Positions 41,401 to 49,251 of a DNA stretch of 64,000 bases are shown in pieces. The DNA is taken from the IMG/VR virus record IMGVR_UViG_3300007346_007557; one strand, 5' to 3'. Position 1 is the stretch's first letter; every line of letters begins with the position of its first letter. The translations under genes and the position numbers were made by a program. Under the pieces are notes generated by a model. It saw only the letters and a list, made by a program, of their open reading frames with translations, was not told where the DNA came from and ran no database searches. The DNA comes from an uncultured virus (IMG/VR IMGVR_UViG_3300007346_007557). Its lineage: Duplodnaviria; Heunggongvirae; Uroviricota; Caudoviricetes.

Positions 41401-43259
41401 TAAACGCAGGTAGTATTACAAGTGGCTTTGGCAACATCAACATTGGTACAAGTATCTTCTCAGGTAATGGTAGTGGATTAACAACGCTAAATGCAAGCAA
41501 CTTATCAAGTGGTACCGTTGCAGATGCACGTATTCAATCAAGCAGTATTACACAACACCAAGGAGATATCACAGGTACTGGCGCACTAAACAGCGGTAGT
41601 ATTACAAATGGATTTGGTAGCATTGATATTGGTACTGACATATTTACTGGTAATGGTAGCGGACTTACAACTCTAAATGCAAGTAACTTGTCAAGCGGTA
41701 CCGTAAGCGGTAGTAGACTTGGTGGAAATCAGTCAATGGCAGGTGTAAAAACATTTAGCGACACAACTGCTTCTACAAGTACTACAACAGGTGCAGTAAA
41801 AATTGCAGGCGGTTTAGGTGTTGCAGGCGACTTATATGCAGGTACACTTAACGGTAATGGTGCCGGATTAACCAGTCTAAATGCTTCTAATTTAGGTAGT
41901 GGAACCGTGCCTAACGCACGTATCAGTGGTACATACAGCAACATAACTGGTACAGGTGCTCTTAATGCAGGTGAGATTACAAGCGGCTTTGGTAACATCA
42001 ATATTGGTACAAGTACATTTACTGGTAACGGTAGTGGATTGACCAGCGTTAATGCTGCTACACTTGATGGCATTGATAGTTTAAGTTTCCTACGTAGTGA
42101 CCAAGCAGACACAATGACCGGACTACTTACACTTAATCATGCTGGTAATGAAATGTTACGTATGCAAGATACTGCTGCTGATGGATCGCCATATATTACA
42201 TGGTATCAAGCAGGAACACGTAGAGGTTACATCCAATATGTTGACGGCGGTGATAGAATGTATATTGCTAACGAAGGTGGAAGTACTGCTATCGATCTTG
42301 ACGGAGGTGTTAACGGACTTATCTTTAGAAATGGCGCAAATGCCTACACCGTTTGGCACAGCGGTAACGATGGTGCAGGTAGCGGACTAAGTGCTGATAA
42401 CCTAGATGGTATTAGTTCAGGTAGTTTCTTACGCAGTGATGCTGATGATAGTTTCTCAGGAACACTTAGTGGTGCCGGTGCTATCAATATTACAGGTAAC
42501 GTAACTGCTAATGCATTTAGTGGTGACGGTAGTGGACTTACTGGTATTAGTGCAGACGATGCTAATACACTAGACGGTATTGATAGCAGTCAGTTCTTAC
42601 GTAGCGATCAAAGTGACACAATGGATGCAGGAGTCAACACTACACTAACTATTTTGTCAGACGACACCGGTGCGTCAACTATTCAGTTGTACGGAAACAG
42701 CCAAGGTACTGGTAGAGTTTATGTAGGACAAAGTAGTGCATACGGTGGTGGTATTGAATACAACGGTGATAACTCTCCAGCAACAACTGGCGCTGGTAGT
42801 GATTACATCACACTATGGCGTAGAGATAACGGCACAGATAGTTGGACAGGTAGAAACCAGTATAACAGCAACAACTGGGAGTTTAGAGGCGAAGTTACAG
42901 CGTATGCGTCAGATGCTAGACTCAAAGATGTTACAGGCAATATTGATAATGCTATAGAAAAAGTCAAAGCACTAAACGGTGTAATTTATACTTGGAATGA
43001 TACTGCATATGAAAAAGGTTTAAAAACTTACGCAGATGATAAAGCACCAGAAGCTGGTTTGCTTGCCCAAGAAGTTCAAAAAGTATTACCAGAAGTAGTT
43101 GTACCTGCTCCGTTTGATAAAGAATACCTAACTATCAAATATGAGCGTGTTGTACCACTACTTGTTGAAGCAATCAAAGAGCAACAAGCACAGATTGATG
43201 CTCAAGCAACGGAGATTGCAGAACTACGTGAAATGGTACAAAAACTACTGGATAAATAA
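32406..43259 (+). CDS. Giant fibre protein 2 (3617 aa), paralog of fibre 1, with C-terminal intramolecular chaperone (peptidase S74-like)
   Basis: N-terminal IRHKRS...GELAINTADGK; same beta-helix blocks as fibre 1; 3 CxRD repeats; HGFxxG domains; SDARLK...W...GLLAQEV...coiled coil at the C-terminus. Confidence 0.8.
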   Translation: MATTIRHKRSAVAGKQPLVSQLESGELAINTADGKVYLLRDDNTVQDITKRIFEGNSEVKVDDLGDSTVAQISATVNGNEALTITNAGFNFKNNIDIENAGTLTFRELTASGEDGVTLQPPSTLDAGYTLTLPPNKGSVGQILAVNASGELFFNDADIFGGNVLYVSQEQGDDENDGQSAPVKTVKRACQIASGLVYNSDGSINFRRINIKVAVGDYTEQNPIIVPDNTVIKGDGLRGCIIRPANANLDILRVRNACYFGEFTFRDGVDDNFVPLITGDYCVAFDDPDAVDVTDRNTYPNLPNTKPTITTSPYIQNCSILSFLGLNGAKIDGSKVESPNVPVNQIEAENPVVGAIPEQGKSMVANAFTMLSFGGTGWRLTNDAYAQIVSCFQIFLLNGVYTQSGGYCSITNSATNFGLYALRSSGYSPKAFSFDRSFVTQTGSSEGKQTVSVVGINRDAPVEEFILRFRDPDYKTAHDLLLSNKLSIAEDTVTWINAQIAASSPSIWAGFTYNEDKCRRDTRLLVDSIRYDIIFNSNYRTISSALRYFSGSFTNFADQKDQHIAAFAQAKAYTANILNDATATSRSNALWDEIIDILTNGDANTVPGDAVADAYSFPDPTNYNTSYLVGYGDARDQLQANKQFIIDEITAWIAVQVAAETPPFAGSFTYDAAKCERDVGLIIDALIYDITYGGNLQTKRAAEAYFVGTTAQYGANQKEETIAAYERLRDVIADVILEVAVTKSTGNAQTQDTSNTAGSAASKTFAVARIQEIIDFIDGGGVNEVTTIEPGTDWVSGNNEFEAYNRLNNEGAVNIAQNTTEWINEQIQANIWYGFTYDQSKCQRDTQLIVEAVAKDTWDTGNRYSRSAGLSYYTQNLQDSTRISISGQELQTIAAIDQAAVYANTYITSTSIAVQDFVNTRFGIVTTVINDPNDLPQPTEVSSEGDITNSYKTTPTETTFNAATNVNADTNIFTITSHGFTNGQKLIYDSDGNTPIVGLDNEQTYYVKILDANEFTLTFDESGDFDVDIRAVGANTHKFFSNVIEFFVEEVLSSHQTYQTLILESGAESYNFVPGRQISGTTGANNNSALVYEWEPRDRRLVVSVEEVSVGASTLRVQFDETSIINSDHSPSPNNTISINEVAAKTGLGTATFSITATDGSASLTNLVNLPEKQCWFHRPSIVNSSSHTWEYAGSGTDYNALPQNGGNTKEEFEQFEELPGRVYSSGTNELGDFKVGDFITAFNRTGNITFRNKVQVDELDALRLSLSDVAIEEISTSVNLGDDELGGPSDSRMVTQLAVRSFISNRLGGFVDKSVSTAAVPGAIVQLNTNGQLNPDLIPATRQFTNTNSNGYLSRLLLINTIPATDLKAGDIGTENYEQVELILSGNITAADGATITQPGVDGAIGYAKGSYSASGNILVATIGEAWDANEDSTGDPWEVSAGNLFVNGVDSGVNISSKGVSSEIIDNFFLRSSNSSQYLVLDVDDTYNFTTGVTISNLARTSNVVTVTTSTAHGFKIGNVARVYTSDDETFIQNGEVLTVPTSTSFTIANTGIDVSSFAVTDGKVYTIVTSADGNAQGAVTESRFGVLTNIDNTSITAGSGYLPSGGTLVYKDVPLTANTGVGTGATADITVTAGAVTDVDIATGGSGYAVGDLLSANNSNLGGAGSGFECEVVSVEKRAYVDILGGELFVASASSIDFVEDNDSVDTKKTINLDDTRGFNFLAGTTGGGGAVDYIDYRINIPNHGFTSGDPLKYDTLGNVAIGGLLNGNVYYAKSIDANNIELYEGFSLLNKVEFTSTPANNNHNLTRYVVNVVDNSILVEGHGLTTGDAIRIESLDDGSSANVLPDITGDAITSGSRFFVGSVTTNSFTLHELRSDALSSINDLVTNAKDIDDVGVGSADIIANNVSVQAVVNTSSKTKDNWSTLAVTNIDAENIISGTISPSRLGASGTPNSDTALFGDSGYKVVVQTLKKATTTDNPITLTGSSIGAEFYGDPVNIGIANVDFDALATFSKLGTARFLQTQFDVASDGSGQVFIKDGVVDAGTLDGLDSSYFLNPANLTSLVPVTRGGTAIGTYAIGDILYAQSSGSLNTLNIGRANNFLKSNGTTPEWGTALDLSEGLDVGSAKLSSTSTGTGSLYNENVTSLDIGGAATNIKIGSVDVTRNLLPFIDGYEATISQSVVVNLGSLTANTNDPVANGETEVPMADTSSILVGMLVTGSGSIPANTTVSGVTDDYIYLSANTTGTIFSGTTLTFTYTPFTIGVRDGDTINLNGTTVTNLDGSWPVIGATSIATSFTIRTTSNVTADPNDVVQGTATIDANMVIKTPKVIIGAAEASTSPTNASLEGSDGIGTDVAGGSMTIEAGIGTGNSTGADIIFKTGEVSTTSNNPQTSTERLRIDTSGKATFTGEVEVNNTISTTETTVALLDDTATTINMGGAATTVEIGAATGTTTIHNNVDIDLDLNVDGSDITTNQTGTFNLINTNATTLNIGGAATTINMGTGGDGGGTTTIGHDLVVTGDLTVNGNTTTINSTTLTVDDLNIVIASGAASAAAANGAGLTIDGANVTFTYDSGQDRMDLNEDLNLESGNAFFINDQSVLNATTLGAAVVNSSLQTLGTISTGIWQGTIISPTYGGTGINNGTKTITLGGNLTTSGAFNSTFTMTGATSVTFPTSGTLAITGNPLSQFASTTSAQLRGVLSDETGTGVAVFGTSPTFTTGINAASTTMALFDTTATTLNLARAATSITIGATTGTTNIRHNLNVTGDLDIDGGDLTFSDASINIANTTPTTITMGNAATAFTLGATTGTLTVRNATTTLNGNLNVNGNTIDTDETGTFNLVKDNVTTLAFAQAATEIVVGETKAAADLAGALGEMVVRLDLRTNNDMYIDGDLFVSQINNTPIGNVTPSTGAFTTLAANNFVTFTDATNATGATFATGTAAVKITGGLYVAKDIRADNFIGDMDASYLTSGIIPDARIQSSGVTQHQLDITGTGALNAGSITSGFGNINIGTSIFSGNGSGLTTLNASNLSSGTVADARIQSSSITQHQGDITGTGALNSGSITNGFGSIDIGTDIFTGNGSGLTTLNASNLSSGTVSGSRLGGNQSMAGVKTFSDTTASTSTTTGAVKIAGGLGVAGDLYAGTLNGNGAGLTSLNASNLGSGTVPNARISGTYSNITGTGALNAGEITSGFGNINIGTSTFTGNGSGLTSVNAATLDGIDSLSFLRSDQADTMTGLLTLNHAGNEMLRMQDTAADGSPYITWYQAGTRRGYIQYVDGGDRMYIANEGGSTAIDLDGGVNGLIFRNGANAYTVWHSGNDGAGSGLSADNLDGISSGSFLRSDADDSFSGTLSGAGAINITGNVTANAFSGDGSGLTGISADDANTLDGIDSSQFLRSDQSDTMDAGVNTTLTILSDDTGASTIQLYGNSQGTGRVYVGQSSAYGGGIEYNGDNSPATTGAGSDYITLWRRDNGTDSWTGRNQYNSNNWEFRGEVTAYASDARLKDVTGNIDNAIEKVKALNGVIYTWNDTAYEKGLKTYADDKAPEAGLLAQEVQKVLPEVVVPAPFDKEYLTIKYERVVPLLVEAIKEQQAQIDAQATEIAELREMVQKLLDK
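41335..42620 (+). repeat. Intragenic repeats in distal fibre 2
   Basis: Three copies of ITGTGALN(A/S)GxIT(S/N)GFGxIxIGTxxFxGNGSGLT and three of LDGIxSxxFLRSD, also recognisable at DNA level. Confidence 0.8.
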
Positions 43260-43264
43260 AATTA

Positions 43265-43320
43265 AGATAGCCGGATTTTTCGGCTATCTATTTGACACAA
43301 TGTAAATAGTATGTTATTAT
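43265..43320 (+). promoter_or_regulatory. Hairpin (probable terminator) followed by a sigma70-like promoter
   Basis: AGATAGCCGG/TCGGCTATCT stem; TTGACA 43292-43297, 17 bp, TATTAT 43315-43320; TAAATA at 43325-43330. Confidence 0.6.
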
Positions 43321-43339
43321 AGAGTAAATAGGAAATAAT

Positions 43340-43519
43340 ATGGCACTACCAGCAACTGGATCTACGATTAGTATGACAAACATCAACAATTATTTTGTTG
43401 CTGGTGGTTTTACATCTTCTTTTGTTTTAAGTGTATTAGGTACATACATCGGAATTTCTGCTGGTACTACAATAAGTATGAGTAGTTCGTTTGGTGGTTA
43501 TTATTTCCCAGCAACTTAG
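43340..43519 (+). CDS. 59-aa fibre-associated protein (MALPATGSTISMTNINNYF...ISMSSSFGGYYFPAT)
   Basis: Translated by hand (below cutoff); MALPxxGxISM N-terminus resembles small proteins that follow fibre genes. Confidence 0.65.
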   Translation: MALPATGSTISMTNINNYFVAGGFTSSFVLSVLGTYIGISAGTTISMSSSFGGYYFPAT

Positions 43520-43527
43520 GAGTTACA

Positions 43528-43908
43528 ATGAAATCTTTATACGAAGTGTTAAACATTGATTTAGCACAAGAATATACTAAAACTAGAAAACTAGCAAAAT
43601 TACAAACACTAGAAATCAGCGATGCTCAACTAGAAATTGAAGTTAAAAAAGCAATTGATAGCATGGATATTCCAGACGACGACGATCGTTATCATTGGAT
43701 TCAAAAACTAGGTCACGCAGCAGGTGCAGATTTGCTTACTATTGGTAAAGTACAACCTGAAAATATGCTTGCAATGGCAGCATTAAATGCTGATGATTTT
43801 CAAGAAGCAGTAAAAGTAGCTACAGGTACTGCACGTAATTGGAACAAACAAACTATTGAAGCTGAAAAGCAACTAGCAGAAGAATCTATGCCAACAACTA
43901 TCTTGTAA
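43528..43908 (+). CDS. Hypothetical protein
   Basis: AGGAG RBS; coupled to the next gene. Confidence 0.6.
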   Translation: MKSLYEVLNIDLAQEYTKTRKLAKLQTLEISDAQLEIEVKKAIDSMDIPDDDDRYHWIQKLGHAAGADLLTIGKVQPENMLAMAALNADDFQEAVKVATGTARNWNKQTIEAEKQLAEESMPTTIL

Positions 43909-44492
43909 TGAAACTAGCAATTTGTGTTCCAACAAGAGACACGGTACATACATTATTTGCAGTAAGTTTGTGTAATCTTACAAACACACTTACAAAAAAC
44001 AATATAGATTTTAATGTCCATATTGTTGCAGGAAGTGTAATATGCAATAGTCGAACTAGATTAGCCAAAGAAGCATTAGAAACAGGTGCAACACATTTGC
44101 TTTGGTTAGATAGTGATATGGCTTTTGCATCAAATGTTGTAGAACAACTACTAAACCACAACAAAGACATAGTGGCTGCAAATTACAGCACACGGTATGC
44201 TCCTTATCAAAGTGTTGCTTTTGTAGACCCTGACGATATGGATTGTAGATTAAATGCAACCAATGGTTTACATAAAGTTTGGGCTGTAGGCATGGGTTGT
44301 ATGCTTGTAAAATCACAAGTTTACAAAGATTTACCAAAGCCTTGGTTTGATCACGAATATAATAAAAAATTAGACAACTTCAGCGGCGAGGATATATATT
44401 TTTGTAATCAGGCGATGCATCACGGTTATGAAGTATATGTTGATGCAGATGTAAAATTATCGCATATAGGAATAAAGGCAAACACATTATGA
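43908..44492 (+). CDS. Glycosyltransferase, GT-A fold (family 2-like)
   Basis: LAICVP, LLWLDSD (DxD), GMGCMLV, GEDIYFC, H. Confidence 0.8.
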   Translation: MKLAICVPTRDTVHTLFAVSLCNLTNTLTKNNIDFNVHIVAGSVICNSRTRLAKEALETGATHLLWLDSDMAFASNVVEQLLNHNKDIVAANYSTRYAPYQSVAFVDPDDMDCRLNATNGLHKVWAVGMGCMLVKSQVYKDLPKPWFDHEYNKKLDNFSGEDIYFCNQAMHHGYEVYVDADVKLSHIGIKANTL

Positions 44493-47122
44493 CAACAGCT
44501 TTTTCAGTTTTTGATAAATTTCAAACTAATCTTCACAATGGACAAGATTATTTAAAAAATCACATATTTGATAAATTTCCTATTTTATATACAGATAATC
44601 CAAATGATTTAACACAAGTTTGGGATAGAAATCTTGATACTGAATATGTTTGGCTTGTTGATAAAAACATAAAAATTTATGATAGTTTTCCTTGGTTTTT
44701 TAGACCAAAGCCTGATGCACAAGTAGCAATTCATGCCTATCCATATGTTTATAAAAAAAGTAGAGATGTTAAAGACTGGAACAGAGTAAGATTAGTTCCT
44801 ACAAAACCAGGAGAATATGAAGTAACTCAACATCCTCACATTTGTGGACATTATGATCCATACAAAGGTGTTGACAAGTTTGATATCTTTTACATTGGAA
44901 AAAACAAAGACAATTTAAAGCAACTTGAAGAAAGAGGTTTGAGTATACAGGTTGTTGAAGACTATGAATCTGCTAGACAACAAAGTTATACTGATATGTT
45001 TTGGATTGTTTATGATGACACCGTTGTAAGAGAAACTTTTAAATTTAGTTATACACCTGACGAATGGAGCACAGATTTTGTTCATGTGTTTGGAAATGGT
45101 GATATTGATACATTAGATGGAATTGCTCTGTGTCCAAAAAGTTACAATCCTAGCAAAAAAGAATTAGACAATAGATTTTTTATTAATAAAAAAGAAATAA
45201 GAATTTTAGCAAGTAATCCAAGAAAATACGATAAGTTTGAAATGGACAACTATCAATCATATCTACATATGATGCGTCATAGTACCACAGATTTATTTTG
45301 GGGAATTCCTAAGGATATTGTAATTGATGATAATTTTAAATTTGATTTTTATATTCCATATCACAATGTTGCAGATAAAAAACAAAATCATGCTTGGCTA
45401 AATGGTAACAAATATGACGGAATTTATTTGTTCAGCAAAGAAGCAATCATTACAGAAAATGAATTTAACTATAGATTTTTAGTTAATAAAATTGAACATG
45501 ATGTTGTAGCAAGTAAACCAAAAGACTTTGAAAGATTTACAATCGATACTTACGAACAATATAGAAGTGCAATTGAAAGCTGCGGTACAAGTATGTTTTG
45601 GGCTATCCCTAGTGACGTAAAAGTATCACCGGATTTTGCTTGGGATGAATATATTAACAATCTTGATAGTTTAGATAGAAGTACTAACCATGTATTTTTA
45701 AACGGTGATAGTTACGATGGTATTGTGTTAATGAACACAAAAGAATTTGTAAATGATAAAGAAATTAGACATAGATTTTATACCAATAAAAAAGAACATG
45801 AAGTAATTGCAAGTACACCAAAACCTTACGATAAATTTACAATTGATACATACGAAGATTACACTACAGCATTGTATCATACAGAATCTGAAATGTTTTG
45901 GGGTGTCCCTAGTGATGTTAATGTTGCTGAAGATTTTGACTTTAGTTTATATTTTAGCTATCATAATCAATACGATCGTAATATGAATCACGTGTTTTTA
46001 AATGGAGAAAATTATGATGGTATTGTTTTATATAGTAAAAACTTATTAGTTAGTGAAAAAGAAATTGAACATAGGTTCTACATTAAGAAAAAAGAATGGG
46101 AAGTAATTGCAAGTAATCCTAAACCTTTCCCTGTGTATACAATTAATGATTATGAAGATTATTTGAATGTAAAAAATGAAACTAGTGCTGATATGTTTTA
46201 TATGATTAATGATAATATAAATTTGAAAGATGAATTTAATTTTGATTTGTATATTAGTCATCATAATCAGTACGAACGTAAAATTAATCATGTTTGGAAA
46301 AATGGAGAATTTTATGATGGTGTTGCACTTACAAGTAAACACATCAATTTAAGTCAAAGAGAAATTGATTATAGATTTTATGCTGTAAAAAAAGAATACG
46401 AAGAAATTGCAAGTTTACCTGTGCCTTATGATATTGTTTTTATTCAAAACGGTGAGCCAAATGCTGACGAAAACTATGCTACACTTTTACAAAGATTTCC
46501 CCGTGCTAAACGTGTTCAAAACATCAAAGGTATACACCAAGCACACCAACGAGCAGCAGAACTTGTTGACACTGAAATGTTTTGGGTTGTAGACGCAGAT
46601 GCAGAAATATTAGAAGAATTTGATTTTAATTATTATGTTCCTGCATACGATATTGATGGTAAGGATACCGTACATGTATGGCGTAGTTTCAACCCTGTTA
46701 ACGGATTGGTATACGGGTATGGTGGAGTTAAATTATTGCCAACAAGGCTAACACGTACAATGGATATGACTACAACTGACATGACTACAAGTATCAGTGA
46801 TAAGTTTAAAAGTATTCCTGCAATGAGTAATGTTACAAACTTTAATACAGATGCCTATAGTGCATGGCGCAGCGGATTTAGAGAATGCGCAAAGTTAGCA
46901 AGTAAAACAATTGCAAGACAGGAAGACGACGAAACTGAATTTAGACTTAATGCTTGGTGTACCAGAGGCGACGATAAACCGTTTGGTAGAGCAGCAATTG
47001 CTGGTGCAAAAGCAGGTCGAGAATTTGGCGAAACTTACAAAGACAATAAAGAAGAATTAGAAAAAATTAACAATTTTCATTGGTTACACGACCAGTTTAT
47101 AAAATTATATCAATCAACTTAA
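44489..47122 (+). CDS. Glycosyltransferase-like protein made of tandem ~100-aa degenerate GT-A units
   Basis: Repeated MFWxxxxD...NHVFLNG..YDG...RF...KE...AS; last unit has MFWVVDAD and YGYGGVKL. Confidence 0.7.
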   Translation: MTTAFSVFDKFQTNLHNGQDYLKNHIFDKFPILYTDNPNDLTQVWDRNLDTEYVWLVDKNIKIYDSFPWFFRPKPDAQVAIHAYPYVYKKSRDVKDWNRVRLVPTKPGEYEVTQHPHICGHYDPYKGVDKFDIFYIGKNKDNLKQLEERGLSIQVVEDYESARQQSYTDMFWIVYDDTVVRETFKFSYTPDEWSTDFVHVFGNGDIDTLDGIALCPKSYNPSKKELDNRFFINKKEIRILASNPRKYDKFEMDNYQSYLHMMRHSTTDLFWGIPKDIVIDDNFKFDFYIPYHNVADKKQNHAWLNGNKYDGIYLFSKEAIITENEFNYRFLVNKIEHDVVASKPKDFERFTIDTYEQYRSAIESCGTSMFWAIPSDVKVSPDFAWDEYINNLDSLDRSTNHVFLNGDSYDGIVLMNTKEFVNDKEIRHRFYTNKKEHEVIASTPKPYDKFTIDTYEDYTTALYHTESEMFWGVPSDVNVAEDFDFSLYFSYHNQYDRNMNHVFLNGENYDGIVLYSKNLLVSEKEIEHRFYIKKKEWEVIASNPKPFPVYTINDYEDYLNVKNETSADMFYMINDNINLKDEFNFDLYISHHNQYERKINHVWKNGEFYDGVALTSKHINLSQREIDYRFYAVKKEYEEIASLPVPYDIVFIQNGEPNADENYATLLQRFPRAKRVQNIKGIHQAHQRAAELVDTEMFWVVDADAEILEEFDFNYYVPAYDIDGKDTVHVWRSFNPVNGLVYGYGGVKLLPTRLTRTMDMTTTDMTTSISDKFKSIPAMSNVTNFNTDAYSAWRSGFRECAKLASKTIARQEDDETEFRLNAWCTRGDDKPFGRAAIAGAKAGREFGETYKDNKEELEKINNFHWLHDQFIKLYQST

Positions 47123-47531
47123 ACAAATCTAATAATTTAGTTCTATTTCTTTTAACACGTAATGTATTTTGTAATCCGTGATGCAATGGCTTTGGCCACT
47201 TATCAAATGAAGTCCAAGCATATCCATCGTGTTCTCCGTTTAGCTTAGGCATAAATTCTTCTTGCACTATACACAAATATGTGTGAAAATGGAAGTGTTC
47301 GTCATTACTAATAAATGTTTCTAATGGAATAGTTTTTTTAATATTAGGTATAAAAGATATTTCTTCTTGTATTTCACGTTTCAATCCTTCCCAAGGTGTT
47401 TCGGTTCCTTCGTTAGTACCGCCAACTAATCCCCATAGGTTTTTTGCTTTACCCTGAGTACGATGTAAAAATAAAAAACGTTTTGTTTCTAATGAATAAA
47501 ATAGTGCACCACTACAAATAATTTTCTGCAT
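47097..47531 (-). CDS. Nudix hydrolase
   Basis: Nudix box GGTNEGTETPWEGLKREIQEEI; likely start MQKIIC at 47531. Confidence 0.85.
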   Translation of the reverse strand: MQKIICSGALFYSLETKRFLFLHRTQGKAKNLWGLVGGTNEGTETPWEGLKREIQEEISFIPNIKKTIPLETFISNDEHFHFHTYLCIVQEEFMPKLNGEHDGYAWTSFDKWPKPLHHGLQNTLRVKRNRTKLLDLFKLIDIIL

Positions 47532-47544
47532 AAAAATAATTATT

Positions 47545-49251
47545 TTATAATTGTATACGCCATGTTCCTCTTGGATAATATCCATCTACACTGCTTTGCC
47601 AATAATATTGATTCCAATAATATTGTTGTCCATTATCTAAATTAGTAATATATGTTTTTCCAGATTCACTAGCATCAAAAACAATATTCCATTTTGATCC
47701 GTCCCATTCGATAATGTCATTCGCATCTGCTACAAAGTCAGAGTTGTCTAAATTTTTCCACGCATCTGCTCCATCTTCGTTTAAGTTTAAGATGTAAACA
47801 ATTTTGTCATCAACTGATGGCATTTCGTCTAAGTCTATTACAAACTTATCATCAATATTACGTGACGTTGAAGAAACAGGAATATCATTAATAACAACTT
47901 GCCAACTTGTTACCGTGTCTGCTCTGCGTCCAGGAGTTGACCCTGATGCAGATTCAGCAACATAATAATCTATATCTGTATCAATTCTTGTTGATGCTGT
48001 TTCTACGGTAAAGCGTCTTTCAACTTTGAAACCAATTGGATCTAGTGTAAGTAATCTATAACCAGCAGTTTTTGTAGATGGATTGAATACTTTAGGATTA
48101 ATAATTTTGTTAATACTTCCTGATGTAGTAACCGGACCTTCTATAATAGTGTCGCTAGGTAAAGTGTCAACATCCCATATTATATCAATTAGTTTATCAT
48201 TATCAGCATTTAATGTAAATGTTCCTACAATTTCATTTATTAATTCAGCACGTTTTAATCTAAGCTGACTAATACCAGGTTGGTATCTTGCTGGCAATTC
48301 TGCTTCTAAAATATTAAGCCAACTAATATCTCCAACACGCAAACTTCTGTTTTTAGCAATTTTACCTGTTTCGTCTTCTACAATTAAGTCAAAATTTCTA
48401 TAACTTACAACGATAGGATTATTCAAATCAAATCTGCCATCTTGTCCTGTTGCTACAATTGTATTCAATCTAATTCCATCTTCGTTTACTAGAGTTCCAT
48501 CTGGTAATACGGTTACTCCACTTGCTGCCCCAACATTGTTATCTGTTGAAGGATTAAATCCTTCTAAACTAATTGTACCTGCGTCTTGGTTAAAAATACT
48601 TGTAATAATATCTGTAATGATTCCAAGTTTTTTAACTTTGACAGGTGGCGAAATGTAAACAGGCGCAGTAAATCCAAGTGTTGCAACATCAATTTCAGTT
48701 TCGGTTCCTGTAGGAATAGTTCTATTACTAAAGTTAATATTTTCTAATTGTAATACGCTTAAACTTGTCCAATCGATATAATTGTCTGTGGTTTGAAATT
48801 CTAAGTCAGGATTAAACAACATAAAAATTTGTTCAAGTATTTGTAGTTTTTGATCAGTACTTGTACTCCAAACATCTACATTGACACTTAATGTATATGG
48901 TGTTGGATGCAATCTTTCTACGGTATATCCTTTTGCTTGTTCGGTTGAATACTCACCTGTGGCAGTATCATAAGCTCTTTCTCTAAGATTAATTTTGCTT
49001 ACATAACTGCTATCACTTAGTCTAGATCTATCCATCTGGAAGCCAGTAATATAAACACCCATACGCGGAGCACTTGGCAGTTTGTTTTCGCTGTTGTCTC
49101 TAATTATACTTGCTACTTGTCTAGTTATATCACCATACATAACAGGAACTTCACGTAAATCCCCATCAGCATCTTTGTAACTGAATTTACTAAATGCTCT
49201 TACAATTTGAGTTATATACCTACGTATTTGTCCGTCATAAAAATATTGCAT
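47545..49251 (-). CDS. gp15: Tail terminator / sheath stabiliser, T4 gp15-like, with long C-terminal extension
   Basis: YFYDGQIRRY, VPVMYG, PRMGV, PTPY, QILEQI...FNP motifs. Confidence 0.8.
   Translation of the reverse strand: MQYFYDGQIRRYITQIVRAFSKFSYKDADGDLREVPVMYGDITRQVASIIRDNSENKLPSAPRMGVYITGFQMDRSRLSDSSYVSKINLRERAYDTATGEYSTEQAKGYTVERLHPTPYTLSVNVDVWSTSTDQKLQILEQIFMLFNPDLEFQTTDNYIDWTSLSVLQLENINFSNRTIPTGTETEIDVATLGFTAPVYISPPVKVKKLGIITDIITSIFNQDAGTISLEGFNPSTDNNVGAASGVTVLPDGTLVNEDGIRLNTIVATGQDGRFDLNNPIVVSYRNFDLIVEDETGKIAKNRSLRVGDISWLNILEAELPARYQPGISQLRLKRAELINEIVGTFTLNADNDKLIDIIWDVDTLPSDTIIEGPVTTSGSINKIINPKVFNPSTKTAGYRLLTLDPIGFKVERRFTVETASTRIDTDIDYYVAESASGSTPGRRADTVTSWQVVINDIPVSSTSRNIDDKFVIDLDEMPSVDDKIVYILNLNEDGADAWKNLDNSDFVADANDIIEWDGSKWNIVFDASESGKTYITNLDNGQQYYWNQYYWQSSVDGYYPRGTWRIQL

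Noticed and set aside
23478..42957. Many 60-230 aa antisense or alternate-frame ORFs inside the giant fibre genes (and similar ones inside gp46, gp23, gp18)
   Set aside because: Fully nested in well-supported genes; explained by codon bias; no recognisable motifs
41335..43259. Diversity-generating retroelement target at the fibre tip
   Set aside because: No reverse transcriptase in the window, and the repeats do not show adenine-specific mismatches
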